DNA from: a virus | Lineage: Duplodnaviria > Caudoviricetes | Virus record (IMG/VR): IMGVR_UViG_3300009031_000221 | Span: 256,001 to 320,000 of that record | DNA length: 64,000 bases | Strand: one strand, 5' to 3' | Shown here: positions 16,003-24,397 of the stretch, one piece after another | Position numbering within the stretch: position 1 is the first letter of the stretch | How the letters are laid out: every line of letters starts with the position of its first letter | Program-made: the position numbers and the translations under genes | The notes under the pieces: model-generated | What the model saw: the letters and a program-made list of their open reading frames with translations, nothing else | Told to the model about the DNA's origin: nothing | Database searches by the model: none

Positions 16003-17457
16003 TTATCCCAGGTTGGCCTGGATTTGGTCCTCAATGGCCTGTGTCATCGGGGAGAGGGATGTAATGATGTTGCGGGGTTCATCGAAGTCGTAGCAACTGA
16101 TGGGGTGGTAATTCTCCACGGTCTCGCCTTCCTGAGCGATGAGGTGAATCAAGTCCCCGCCGAAGCCATAGATCTCCAGGATGACCGGTTTGCCGGTGAT
16201 GCTCTTCTTACCCTTCGATCCCGAGAACTTCTGCTTGGGATCCCCCGCCGACATCGCCAACTTGTACGCCGCCGAAGCCACGTCCCGGTTGTAAGGGGTC
16301 AAAGCCGGTTGCGACGTGAAGAATCCACCGTAGCCGTACAACCGCTTCTCCCGAGGCCAACCGTGGGAATCGCAGAAGGCTTCGTTCTTGGCGGTCTTTT
16401 CCGCATTGTAGCTATCCTCGAAGGGCAGCATGGGGTAGATACCCAGCTTGTCGCAGCCCTCTTTGATCAGCAAGAACTGTTGATCCTGATCCCCCGAATC
16501 GAATCGCATCGAACATGGACGATCCGGGTCTTCCGCCATGACTTCCAGGGCAGCGGGGATACCCTTGTTCATGGGGTCGGTTGTATCGAACAGGTAGGAT
16601 GGAGGCTCCGGCCGCATGTCACGGATAGCACGGTAGCCATGACGGTCATCCGCATTCTTGCCCCCCCACCGCATTTGGTGCTCATGCCCCGTCGTACCGA
16701 CCGGAATCATGTACAACTTCCATGCTCCGAAGACGTTGGAAGTCTTGCGAATGCCGAGGTTCTCGCACAACTGCAACACCATCAGGTGCTGCTGCATGCA
16801 GGTTGCCGCCCGAAGGCCAACCTCAAATGCCCGATGTGCGTCACCCTTCAGAGCAGCGATGACCGCCTGAATGTTGGTCTTCACACGGGCAAGGTATCCT
16901 TCCGTATCCATGGTGATATGGATCTCGATATCCCGACCCAGCATAGCGGCGACCGCATCGCGAGAGGCCAGAACGATATCCGCTTCATCTTGGCAAGTTA
17001 CCGTGAATTCGGTTTCCCCCTTCTTGATTGCCGTGGCAATCTGGATGGGGTACTGCAGCATGATCATCTTGTCTTCCAACCAGGACACCAAGAAGGATGC
17101 GCCACGGTTGGTCAGGACGGGTTCGCCCTTGCCAATCCATGCACCCTTGGGCGGGCACACGACATGAACAGGGCGCTGCAATGCCATATCCATTGCCGTG
17201 GTCATGGGGTAGCCATTCGCCGTCAGGAACCCCGCCTCTTTGGTGGATGGCAGGGACGGAAGCATGAACTGCACGATGGCATTCAGGTCGAAGGGATTGT
17301 AGAACGGCCCGCCCCTACGGAAGCAAAGGGCGAAGATTTCCTCCCGGAGCGGGAACCCTGCCTGTGCCATGGCAAGCTTGTAGGCATCCACCATCAAGGC
17401 AGACGCCTTCTCCTGGCCTAGGATTGCTTTGGCGATTCGATATTCGATGGACTCCAC
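16003..17457 (-). CDS. pncB: Nicotinate phosphoribosyltransferase (PncB type)
   Basis: DAYKLAMAQA, EVGLRAA, TSNV, GTTGH, LFDT, RFDSGD, AYKL; GTG start after AGGAGGT. Confidence 0.85.
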   Translation of the reverse strand: MESIEYRIAKAILGQEKASALMVDAYKLAMAQAGFPLREEIFALCFRRGGPFYNPFDLNAIVQFMLPSLPSTKEAGFLTANGYPMTTAMDMALQRPVHVVCPPKGAWIGKGEPVLTNRGASFLVSWLEDKMIMLQYPIQIATAIKKGETEFTVTCQDEADIVLASRDAVAAMLGRDIEIHITMDTEGYLARVKTNIQAVIAALKGDAHRAFEVGLRAATCMQQHLMVLQLCENLGIRKTSNVFGAWKLYMIPVGTTGHEHQMRWGGKNADDRHGYRAIRDMRPEPPSYLFDTTDPMNKGIPAALEVMAEDPDRPCSMRFDSGDQDQQFLLIKEGCDKLGIYPMLPFEDSYNAEKTAKNEAFCDSHGWPREKRLYGYGGFFTSQPALTPYNRDVASAAYKLAMSAGDPKQKFSGSKGKKSITGKPVILEIYGFGGDLIHLIAQEGETVENYHPISCYDFDEPRNIITSLSPMTQAIEDQIQANLG

Positions 17458-17474
17458 TCCGCACCTCCTGGTAT

Positions 17475-17514
17475 GTGTGTATACAGGACACACTGTATCG
17501 TGTCAAGCGGACAC
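17475..17514. promoter_or_regulatory. Tandem palindromes matching the NrtR operator core GT-N7-AC
   Basis: GTGTGT-ATACAGG-ACACAC (17475-17493) and GTGT-CAAGCGG-ACAC (17500-17514) between promoter and pncB RBS. Confidence 0.6.
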
Positions 17515-17535
17515 ACCAACAAATCATCCTAGGAC

Positions 17536-17563
17536 ATCTACGCAGACGGTGTGAAAAGTAAGT
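17536..17563 (-). promoter_or_regulatory. Phage promoter motif upstream of pncB-prs
   Basis: ACTTAC-TTTTCACACCGTCTG-CGTAGAT. Confidence 0.8.
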
Positions 17564-17576
17564 GTGGCCTTGTCAG

Positions 17577-17604
17577 GCTTACTATTCGAAAGTTCAGCGT
17601 AGAT
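17577..17604 (+). promoter_or_regulatory. Phage promoter motif (divergent partner) upstream of ardC-like gene
   Basis: GCTTAC-TATTCGAAAGTTCAG-CGTAGAT. Confidence 0.8.
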
Positions 17605-17639
17605 GATATGTGGCACGGATGATGCCGAGGAGACGGACG

Positions 17640-18560
17640 ATGGCAACGAAAACATTCGAGAAGCGTGACCATTACGCAACGGTCACGGATCAGATCGTGG
17701 CAGCCCTGGAAAAGGGTGTGGCGCCGTGGGTGTGCCCGTGGGACAAATCGCAAGGGATGCCGCACAATGGCTCCAATGGCCATCAGTACCAGGGCATCAA
17801 CGTGTGGCTGTGCTGGGCATCTGGTTTTGCCGATGCCCGCTGGTATACGTTCAACCAAGTTCGCGAGTTCGGCGAGTCATGCGTCCGCAAGGGCGAGAAG
17901 GGCACGCACATCGTCAAGTGGCTGTTCCTGGACAAGGACGAGACGAATGCGGATGGCAATGCCGTCAAGCGGCACATCCCCATGCTCCGCACCTTCGTGA
18001 TCTTCAATCACGCCCAAATCGATTGGGAGGCGGGCAAGGAGCCCAAGCTGCCGGAAGCAAAGCTGGAATTCGACCCGGCTACGGTGTGTGCGGGTGCCGC
18101 ATCGCTGTTGGGGAAATCGGGTGCCAAGGTTGAGCATGGCGGGGCACGGGCTTACTACAGCCCGAGTCAGGACAGCATCACCTTGCCGGTGACTTCGACC
18201 TTCAATACGCCGGAAGGCTATTGGGCAACTATGCTGCATGAGTTGACTCATTGGACGGGTCACGAAAGCCGTTGTGATCGCAACCTGTCTGGCCGGTTTG
18301 GCAGCCACATGTATGCCGCTGAGGAACTCGTGGCGGAAATGGGTTCGGCGTTCCTGTGTGCAGAACTGAAGATTCAGGGCGGGTTGCAACACCCCGAGTA
18401 CATCGCTTCCTGGATCAAGTGCCTCCAGGGTGACAAGTACGCCATCTTCACGGCGGCTCGCCTGGCAAAGGAAGCGGCGGAGTTCCTCAAGGGCGCCAAT
18501 GCCGAGGATGATACGGCGGAACCGGAAGCAGGCGTTACGGAAATGGACCAAGTCGCCTAA
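17640..18560 (+). CDS. ardC: ArdC-family antirestriction protein (ssDNA-binding + zincin-like domain)
   Basis: LEKGVAPWVCPW, YQGINVWL, WYTFNQ, VRKGEKG, AYYSP..D.I.LP, HELTHWTGH, YAAEELVAE. Confidence 0.93.
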   Translation: MATKTFEKRDHYATVTDQIVAALEKGVAPWVCPWDKSQGMPHNGSNGHQYQGINVWLCWASGFADARWYTFNQVREFGESCVRKGEKGTHIVKWLFLDKDETNADGNAVKRHIPMLRTFVIFNHAQIDWEAGKEPKLPEAKLEFDPATVCAGAASLLGKSGAKVEHGGARAYYSPSQDSITLPVTSTFNTPEGYWATMLHELTHWTGHESRCDRNLSGRFGSHMYAAEELVAEMGSAFLCAELKIQGGLQHPEYIASWIKCLQGDKYAIFTAARLAKEAAEFLKGANAEDDTAEPEAGVTEMDQVA

Positions 18561-18565
18561 TAGAG

Positions 18566-18593
18566 ACTTACTTTCCCCTGCGACAGCGTAGAT
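18566..18593 (+). promoter_or_regulatory. Phage promoter motif
   Basis: ACTTAC-TTTCCCCTGCGACAG-CGTAGAT. Confidence 0.8.
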
Positions 18594-18629
18594 GATACGT
18601 GCCCCGCATGGGGTTAATGAAGGTCGCAG

Positions 18630-18899
18630 ATGAGCAACATTGGATGGCCCGCAGCACGCGAACCGAACAATCCCGCACACGTATTCTACATGTACGGAAT
18701 TGCGGGCAACCCTAACGGCGAATGGGAACTTGTTGAGAACAAGCGGGAATGGACGGCAAACGGAAGCCGCAGCCTGTCCGATCGCTTCATGGGCACAGTC
18801 TACGGCAATGGCAAGAAAGGCTGGCAGAAGGCCAATGCCGCCCTGTCAACGATGAACAAGGACATCAAGCGTCCTGCTACTTGTCCTGCGGATCACTGA
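18630..18899 (+). CDS. Hypothetical protein
   Basis: Follows promoter motif. Confidence 0.6.
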   Translation: MSNIGWPAAREPNNPAHVFYMYGIAGNPNGEWELVENKREWTANGSRSLSDRFMGTVYGNGKKGWQKANAALSTMNKDIKRPATCPADH

Positions 18900-18929
18900 T
18901 CCGTGAACAAATGTAAATAGAGGTCAATC

Positions 18930-19502
18930 ATGCGTGGATCATCCGCACACATTTCGTTGCGTCAGCACCGCAACAACGCGCCCAATCTCCTATTGCCCGA
19001 ATTTCAGCGGGGCATCGTGTGGACTGCCGAACAGGTCATGTCCCTGATCGATTCCGCCGAACGGGGCTACCCCTTGGGGCAGTTGCTTGTGTGGGAGGTC
19101 TACGAGGGTTCTATCCGCCGGCAGTACGTACTGGACGGTCAGCAACGCCTGACCGCTCTGACGGGTCGCAAGGTCGGGGAAACCCAGGCAACTTGGGACG
19201 TGTGGTTTGACATGGATGCCAAGGGTTGGGTGCTGGGCAAGCCGAAGCGGGGTTTCCCGCTGTGGCCTATGGACAACCCCATGGATGATTTGCACGTCAT
19301 GGAGGAGGCCGGGATATTCACCGATCCCTATGGGAAGCAAGCGTGCCAACGTCGGGATGACCTGAACTACTGCACCAACTTCCCGGCCTTTGTGGTCGAA
19401 GGTGGGACGACCCAGGATGTGTTGGAAATGTTCCTGCGGATCAATACGGGCGGAACTCCTTTGGATCCCAAGTTGGTTCAGTGGCTGAAGGAAAAGAAGT
19501 AG
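18930..19502 (+). CDS. Stand-alone DUF262 (GmrS/ParB-like) protein
   Basis: PEFQRGIVW, GYPLGQLLVW, LDGQQRLTAL, MFLRINTGGTPL. Confidence 0.88.
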   Translation: MRGSSAHISLRQHRNNAPNLLLPEFQRGIVWTAEQVMSLIDSAERGYPLGQLLVWEVYEGSIRRQYVLDGQQRLTALTGRKVGETQATWDVWFDMDAKGWVLGKPKRGFPLWPMDNPMDDLHVMEEAGIFTDPYGKQACQRRDDLNYCTNFPAFVVEGGTTQDVLEMFLRINTGGTPLDPKLVQWLKEKK

Positions 19503-19530
19503 ACTTACTTCCCCGTTTAGCAGCGTAGCT
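19503..19530 (+). promoter_or_regulatory. Phage promoter motif
   Basis: ACTTAC-TTCCCCGTTTAGCAG-CGTAGCT. Confidence 0.8.
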
Positions 19531-19568
19531 ATGATGCGGGCACGGACGATGCCCTAAAGGAATCAACG

Positions 19569-19865
19569 ATGGGAAGGCATAACAACACCGGACTTCATCA
19601 ACTGCGGGTGGCATTCCCCAAGGAAGCCGGTTGGGTGGTGCGAGGCATCGGCAGCCAAGCTGCGGAAGTGTGGCACCCTTTGGATTACGTCGGCCTGATC
19701 AGTCAGGACAAGACGACGGGCAAGTGGGCGTGTACGCACAATGCTTGCATGAACGATGGGGATGAGCGCTTCCGCTTCGATTCCCCCAAGGCTGCGGCGT
19801 ATGGCTACTACAGCCGCTTCCCGGACATCGCCAAGCCCGGAACGTTGGCGGCGCTTCAATCATGA
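19569..19865 (+). CDS. Hypothetical protein
   Basis: AGGA RBS, follows promoter motif. Confidence 0.6.
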   Translation: MGRHNNTGLHQLRVAFPKEAGWVVRGIGSQAAEVWHPLDYVGLISQDKTTGKWACTHNACMNDGDERFRFDSPKAAAYGYYSRFPDIAKPGTLAALQS

Positions 19866-20134
19866 GCATCTTCCGCCGTCTATGGCCTAGGCCAGATCCA
19901 GGCCCATTCACTCGGCCTCCCTTGGTAGATCGGGTAACTCGCTTGGATACTGCCTTGGCGAAAATCGCGGAGGAGGAATTCCACGGGAAGGTGAAGCAAG
20001 TTTACTTCGGGCATCCCATGTTGGGCGTACAAAGCCGGATCCTATTCGGATTCAATGGTGAATGGCTGGCGGAACTCCGGGAAGATACGGATGGTTCATT
20101 TTTCCGAGTTCGGTTGGAATCACACGAAGGATAA
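19862..20134 (+). CDS. Hypothetical protein
   Basis: ATGA-coupled to upstream ORF. Confidence 0.55.
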   Translation: MSIFRRLWPRPDPGPFTRPPLVDRVTRLDTALAKIAEEEFHGKVKQVYFGHPMLGVQSRILFGFNGEWLAELREDTDGSFFRVRLESHEG

Positions 20135-20137
20135 TCT

Positions 20138-21157
20138 ATGCGAACTGCTTCTGCTGTAGCTGTCATCGTTCAAGATGAAAAGGTACTTCTCCTCGAGCGT
20201 GCCCCAGGAGATTACGCATTCCCAGGTTGGTGTCTGCCAGGTGGTCACATCGAATCTGGAGAAACCCCCGAGGAGGCATGCCTCCGGGAACTCGGGGAAG
20301 AGACGGGACTGACGGGCAAAATCATTGGCACGTTGCCGGATCGGTTGGCGCATTCCAAGAATGGATCCTATGACATCAAGGTGTTCCGCGTCGAACTGGA
20401 TGACCCCAAAGCAAAGGTCGTTCTGTCGCATGAACATTCCCGGTACCAGTGGCTGGAATTCGTGGATGCGTTGACGAATTGGCAACTAGCCGGGAACGCA
20501 ACGCGATCCATTGTCACGGAACTGCGGATCCCTCGCCATGTTCTCTACTGGCCTTTGCTGGGATATCAGCCCATGTTCCCGGATGAGATCGGCATGTTCG
20601 GGGTTGAACGTCGACATGAACATCATTCCGGCATTGACCTTTACTGTGAACTGGGCACAAAGATCATCGCCGTCGAAGATGGGGAGGTCATCGCCATCGA
20701 ACATTTCACGGGACCTTTGTCTACTCCCACTTCCCCTTGGTGGAATCCGACGCAAGCCGTCCTTGTCAAGGGCAAGAATGGTGTGGCGGTCTATGGGGAA
20801 ATCACTGCCCTGGTAGAAGTCGGGCAGAAGGTTCGCGGGGGTGAGGTCATCGGCATCGTGAACAAACCCGTACTGCGTCACTTCAAGGGACGCCCCACGG
20901 TGATGATGCACTTTGAGTGGCTGGAAATCTGGGCAACCAAGTCCGAAACGTGGCCCTTGAACGAACTGTGCCCGGATACGCTCCTGAGCCCTGGGATGAT
21001 CTTGTGCCTTGCGGCAGGTTGCGTGGCGCCTTCAAAGTTCGATTTGTCCAAGTATGACGGCAAGAAGTTCAACGATCCCACGTCCCTTCACAAGGCTAGC
21101 CCTTGGTGGGCCGTTTGGGGTGGAGCACCTGACTTACTTCTAATGCTTGATGCGTAG
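20138..21157 (+). CDS. Nudix hydrolase fused to an M23 peptidase-like domain
   Basis: GGHIESGETPEEACLRELGEETGL; HSGIDLY...AVEDGEV...MMHFE. Confidence 0.82.
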   Translation: MRTASAVAVIVQDEKVLLLERAPGDYAFPGWCLPGGHIESGETPEEACLRELGEETGLTGKIIGTLPDRLAHSKNGSYDIKVFRVELDDPKAKVVLSHEHSRYQWLEFVDALTNWQLAGNATRSIVTELRIPRHVLYWPLLGYQPMFPDEIGMFGVERRHEHHSGIDLYCELGTKIIAVEDGEVIAIEHFTGPLSTPTSPWWNPTQAVLVKGKNGVAVYGEITALVEVGQKVRGGEVIGIVNKPVLRHFKGRPTVMMHFEWLEIWATKSETWPLNELCPDTLLSPGMILCLAAGCVAPSKFDLSKYDGKKFNDPTSLHKASPWWAVWGGAPDLLLMLDA

Positions 21158-21159
21158 CT
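21132..21159 (+). promoter_or_regulatory. Phage promoter motif
   Basis: ACTTAC-TTCTAATGCTTGATG-CGTAGCT. Confidence 0.8.
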
Positions 21160-21211
21160 AGCCTGACTCCCATCATCAACCGGGTAGAAGTACCTGGAGG
21201 ACAATATACAC

Positions 21212-23704
21212 ATGGCAAATTACATTCACGTCAATTCCCCATCGTACACGCAACGGGGGAATGATCGGCACGCTCACAATACGAAGAGCGAGAATATCCA
21301 TCTGTTCCTGAAGGAACACTACCCGGACGTGAATCGGCAAGGTGGCGTTGTGTATACCGGAAAGGCACAGTTGCCGAAAGTGGATCTGTCTGAGGATTAC
21401 GCCTACGCTGTTTTTGATGGGACTGTGGATTGCCATCTTTTCGGCGAACATATCTTCATTGGCGCATGGGATACCTATCTCCGTGAGGAAGGCCCGTTGG
21501 ACAAGAAGGGTCGTCCGACCTTTCTCCCTCAGCCCCGTTATGAACGGGTGGATACGGTTCCTGTTACGATTGAAGTGATTGGTGAAGCCTTCACGAAAGA
21601 AATCCTGCATGAGGAATGGAATGAAGTGAACCGGAAGTGGGTGCAAAGTACTTCCCTGCATACCTATAACCTGACGGACGATGAAGGAAATGCCACGATC
21701 CAGGTGCCAATGGCATATCTGAACCTGCGCTTCTCGGCTGCGGCTGCGGAATCGCAGGATGGGACGTTTGCTTTCTGTCAGCCTTGGAGCGGCGTTGCCG
21801 TGTTGGATCCTGATGGAGGCCCCGAAGTCACGGTCACATCGAATTTCTACGGGATGACGCGGACTTGGAAGGAGTCATTGCTGTTCAAGGTGGTAATAAC
21901 TCGGACGCTACGTCCGACCTCACCGTACAGTTACTATGGGAACAATCCAAGCTACTACGATTTGAAGTCAGTCCATGATCCCATGCCTTCTATGCAACGG
22001 CACCTGAAGAAGAGCATCCTTACGGATGGCAAGGATGCATGGTGGGATCGGTTCTTCAAGATCAATCCCGATCTCGCCAATCTGGCAGTGGATCCTGACA
22101 AGGGACTTGCAGCGATTTTCAAGAAGAAGGACATCAAGGCAAATATGGAACGCCTTGCCGCAGATGACCCTACGGGGTTCGCATTCTTCCAGTGGCTCCG
22201 TGACGGGCGTACCAAGGAAAAGCGGTGCAACAACAACCTGTTGGTTGCGATGCTGAACACGGTCGGTACGGATTTCGACAAGCTGAAGGCGGCTCTTCGT
22301 GATGCACGCAACGAGGCATTCACGGAAGATGGGATCGATGGTGTGTCATCGTATAGGGCTTCGGAGAATTGGCAGGCGGACAAGTCAAACAGCCAGGATT
22401 TCTGGTTTGGCACCCGCCGGCGGATTTGCTTGTCCTTGCCTGGTTCCAAGGAACGGAATGACGATCTTGCCGCAAAGGCGGATTGGTCCAAGCAGAAGGA
22501 TTTGGGCAAGCAGGCGGATGGTCTTGGCGTTGATGAGGGCAAGTTCCCGCTTCTCCGCAAGGCAATCGTGGAGGGCAAGATCCCCACGGCGATCTTCCGG
22601 CAGCCCAACATGTCCCCTGTCAACATGGAGTTCCCCATCTGGGAGAAGTCCTTGGCACGTCCTGGATGGGACAAAGTGATCTATGAAATCACTGCTGACG
22701 CAGGTCGGCGTGGTACGTACGATCGCGATGTCACGCCTTACTTGGCGTTCCTGTTCCGCATTGAAAAGTACCTGGATCGCCACGCTCCCGGTTCCAACAA
22801 GAAGAGTTGGAAGGCGATGCCTACGTATGTTGAGTCGCAGTGGGCTCTTGAGATGGATGATGATGCCGGTACCGGCACCATCAAGCGCCGGTCGGCATTC
22901 ACCCCTGTTGCGGATAATGACACCCTCGTTATCACGGTGCCTTACGTTGCCGTGTGCGTTTCGGGTGTGCGTACGCAGTGGTGCTATTCTCAGTACTACC
23001 ACGTCTTCGAGGAAGGCATGACCGACCCGGAGAGCGGCGGCATTGTGGTCAATGATTATGAGGAGAAGCTGAACGGGCGGGATGACTACGGTCTGTGCTA
23101 CTACACCTTGACGGGAACGGATACCGCACGGGGTTATCCGACCCTCCTCATCATCTTCGAGCGGTTGCGTAGCCATGTCGAGATCCAGCCGCAAGCTGGG
23201 ACCAAGAAGGTCCCGGGTCTTGTGGGCTATGGTATCCAGGAGAAGACCCGCGTTCACTTCCACCGGGTTCGTCCGTGTCGTTCCAAGGATGGCATCATCA
23301 CCCCGGCATGCAAGTTGGTGGAGGCGTGCTATCAGTTCATGGCTGGCAACGTTCCCGCAACGGATATCGCTGCACAGCAGGGTGACCTCATGTTCATCCA
23401 ATGCACCAATGATCCCATCAAGGCGGGGGCAAAGGTTGCGGCGGAAGTTCAGGAAGGTCGGGCACTGGAATTCGAGTCCCACAAGTTCCTGCCCTTGGGC
23501 GAGAACGGCTTCATGAGGCTCTACGAAAGCGAGGCCAAGCAGCCTGCCAATCGGTTGGGATTTTTGTGGGCGCCGAATGGCTTGAAGGTTGAACACCCGG
23601 AGCATGAGAACATCCCCGCCTTGGCGGAAGGGTGGTGGGAAATCCGCCGGGCTAAGTCATGGGAAGCAAACCCGAAGGCCATTTGGAGCCGCACGATCGA
23701 TTAA
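21212..23704 (+). CDS. Large hypothetical protein (830 aa) with C-terminal QGD...HPEH...G.W domain
   Basis: Long ORF, GGAGG RBS. Confidence 0.85.
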   Translation: MANYIHVNSPSYTQRGNDRHAHNTKSENIHLFLKEHYPDVNRQGGVVYTGKAQLPKVDLSEDYAYAVFDGTVDCHLFGEHIFIGAWDTYLREEGPLDKKGRPTFLPQPRYERVDTVPVTIEVIGEAFTKEILHEEWNEVNRKWVQSTSLHTYNLTDDEGNATIQVPMAYLNLRFSAAAAESQDGTFAFCQPWSGVAVLDPDGGPEVTVTSNFYGMTRTWKESLLFKVVITRTLRPTSPYSYYGNNPSYYDLKSVHDPMPSMQRHLKKSILTDGKDAWWDRFFKINPDLANLAVDPDKGLAAIFKKKDIKANMERLAADDPTGFAFFQWLRDGRTKEKRCNNNLLVAMLNTVGTDFDKLKAALRDARNEAFTEDGIDGVSSYRASENWQADKSNSQDFWFGTRRRICLSLPGSKERNDDLAAKADWSKQKDLGKQADGLGVDEGKFPLLRKAIVEGKIPTAIFRQPNMSPVNMEFPIWEKSLARPGWDKVIYEITADAGRRGTYDRDVTPYLAFLFRIEKYLDRHAPGSNKKSWKAMPTYVESQWALEMDDDAGTGTIKRRSAFTPVADNDTLVITVPYVAVCVSGVRTQWCYSQYYHVFEEGMTDPESGGIVVNDYEEKLNGRDDYGLCYYTLTGTDTARGYPTLLIIFERLRSHVEIQPQAGTKKVPGLVGYGIQEKTRVHFHRVRPCRSKDGIITPACKLVEACYQFMAGNVPATDIAAQQGDLMFIQCTNDPIKAGAKVAAEVQEGRALEFESHKFLPLGENGFMRLYESEAKQPANRLGFLWAPNGLKVEHPEHENIPALAEGWWEIRRAKSWEANPKAIWSRTID

Positions 23705-23746
23705 CAAACCCCAGGCCAGGGTAACAACAGGCCAATAAAGGAAGCA

Positions 23747-24388
23747 ATGGACGCGAATCGTACTTTCATCAGTGTTGTTCTTGACCGCTCCGGTTCTATG
23801 GCATCTACGCAAAAGGACACCATCGGAGGTTTCAACACCTTCGTGGCTGCACAAAAGGCTGTGCCGGGCAAGGCGGATCTGTTCCTCGTTCTGTTCGATC
23901 ATGAATACAACATTCTGTACGACATGGTTCCGTTGGATCAAGTCGAGGATCTCACGGTGGCAACCTATGTGCCTCGTGGAGGCACCGCCCTCTTGGACGC
24001 CATTGGTCGTACCCTGATGGATTTGCGTGCTAGGATTGCGGCGCTTCCGGAGGATGAACGCCCGGGCAAGGTCATCGTTGCCATCATCACGGATGGCGAA
24101 GAGAATTCGTCCAAGGAATTTAACCATCCTCAGGTTCTGGCCATGCTCAATGCATGCCAGCAGGCGCCTGATTCCTGGGAGGTTGTGTACTTCGGCGCCA
24201 ATCAGGATGCGATTCAGGTCGGGGCTTCCTACGGGGTGAAGGCTGCAAATGCCGTCCACTACGTAGCGGATGCGGAGGGGACTCAGCGTTCCTACGGGGA
24301 TCTGTCCTTGCGGGTTACCCGGTCACGGACTTGCATGTTCCCTGACGGCATTGGCGGCAGTGACAAAAAGGAAGAAGGAACCTTCTAG
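23747..24388 (+). CDS. vWA domain protein
   Basis: VLDRSGSM, PRGGTALLDAIG, IITDGEENSS. Confidence 0.9.
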   Translation: MDANRTFISVVLDRSGSMASTQKDTIGGFNTFVAAQKAVPGKADLFLVLFDHEYNILYDMVPLDQVEDLTVATYVPRGGTALLDAIGRTLMDLRARIAALPEDERPGKVIVAIITDGEENSSKEFNHPQVLAMLNACQQAPDSWEVVYFGANQDAIQVGASYGVKAANAVHYVADAEGTQRSYGDLSLRVTRSRTCMFPDGIGGSDKKEEGTF

Positions 24389-24397
24389 GAGTACCCC

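Noticed and set aside
15598-17421. Long plus-strand ORFs antisense to real genes (607 aa here; also 4279-5646, 12903-13925, 14031-15005, and minus-strand 22385-23605)
   Set aside because: They are shadows of GC3-rich codon usage on the coding strand, with no RBS, no recognisable motifs, and full overlap with motif-bearing genes.
15097-17457. Classifying the prs + PRTase pair as NARP1 (Adps/Namat) or NARP2 (Nampt)
   Set aside because: The PRTase shows PncB-type DxYxxxM, TSN and GTxxH motifs, not Nampt-type DSYKxxH, and PncA, NadD and NadE are present. ADPR-PP synthase activity of the Prs homologue cannot be excluded from sequence alone.
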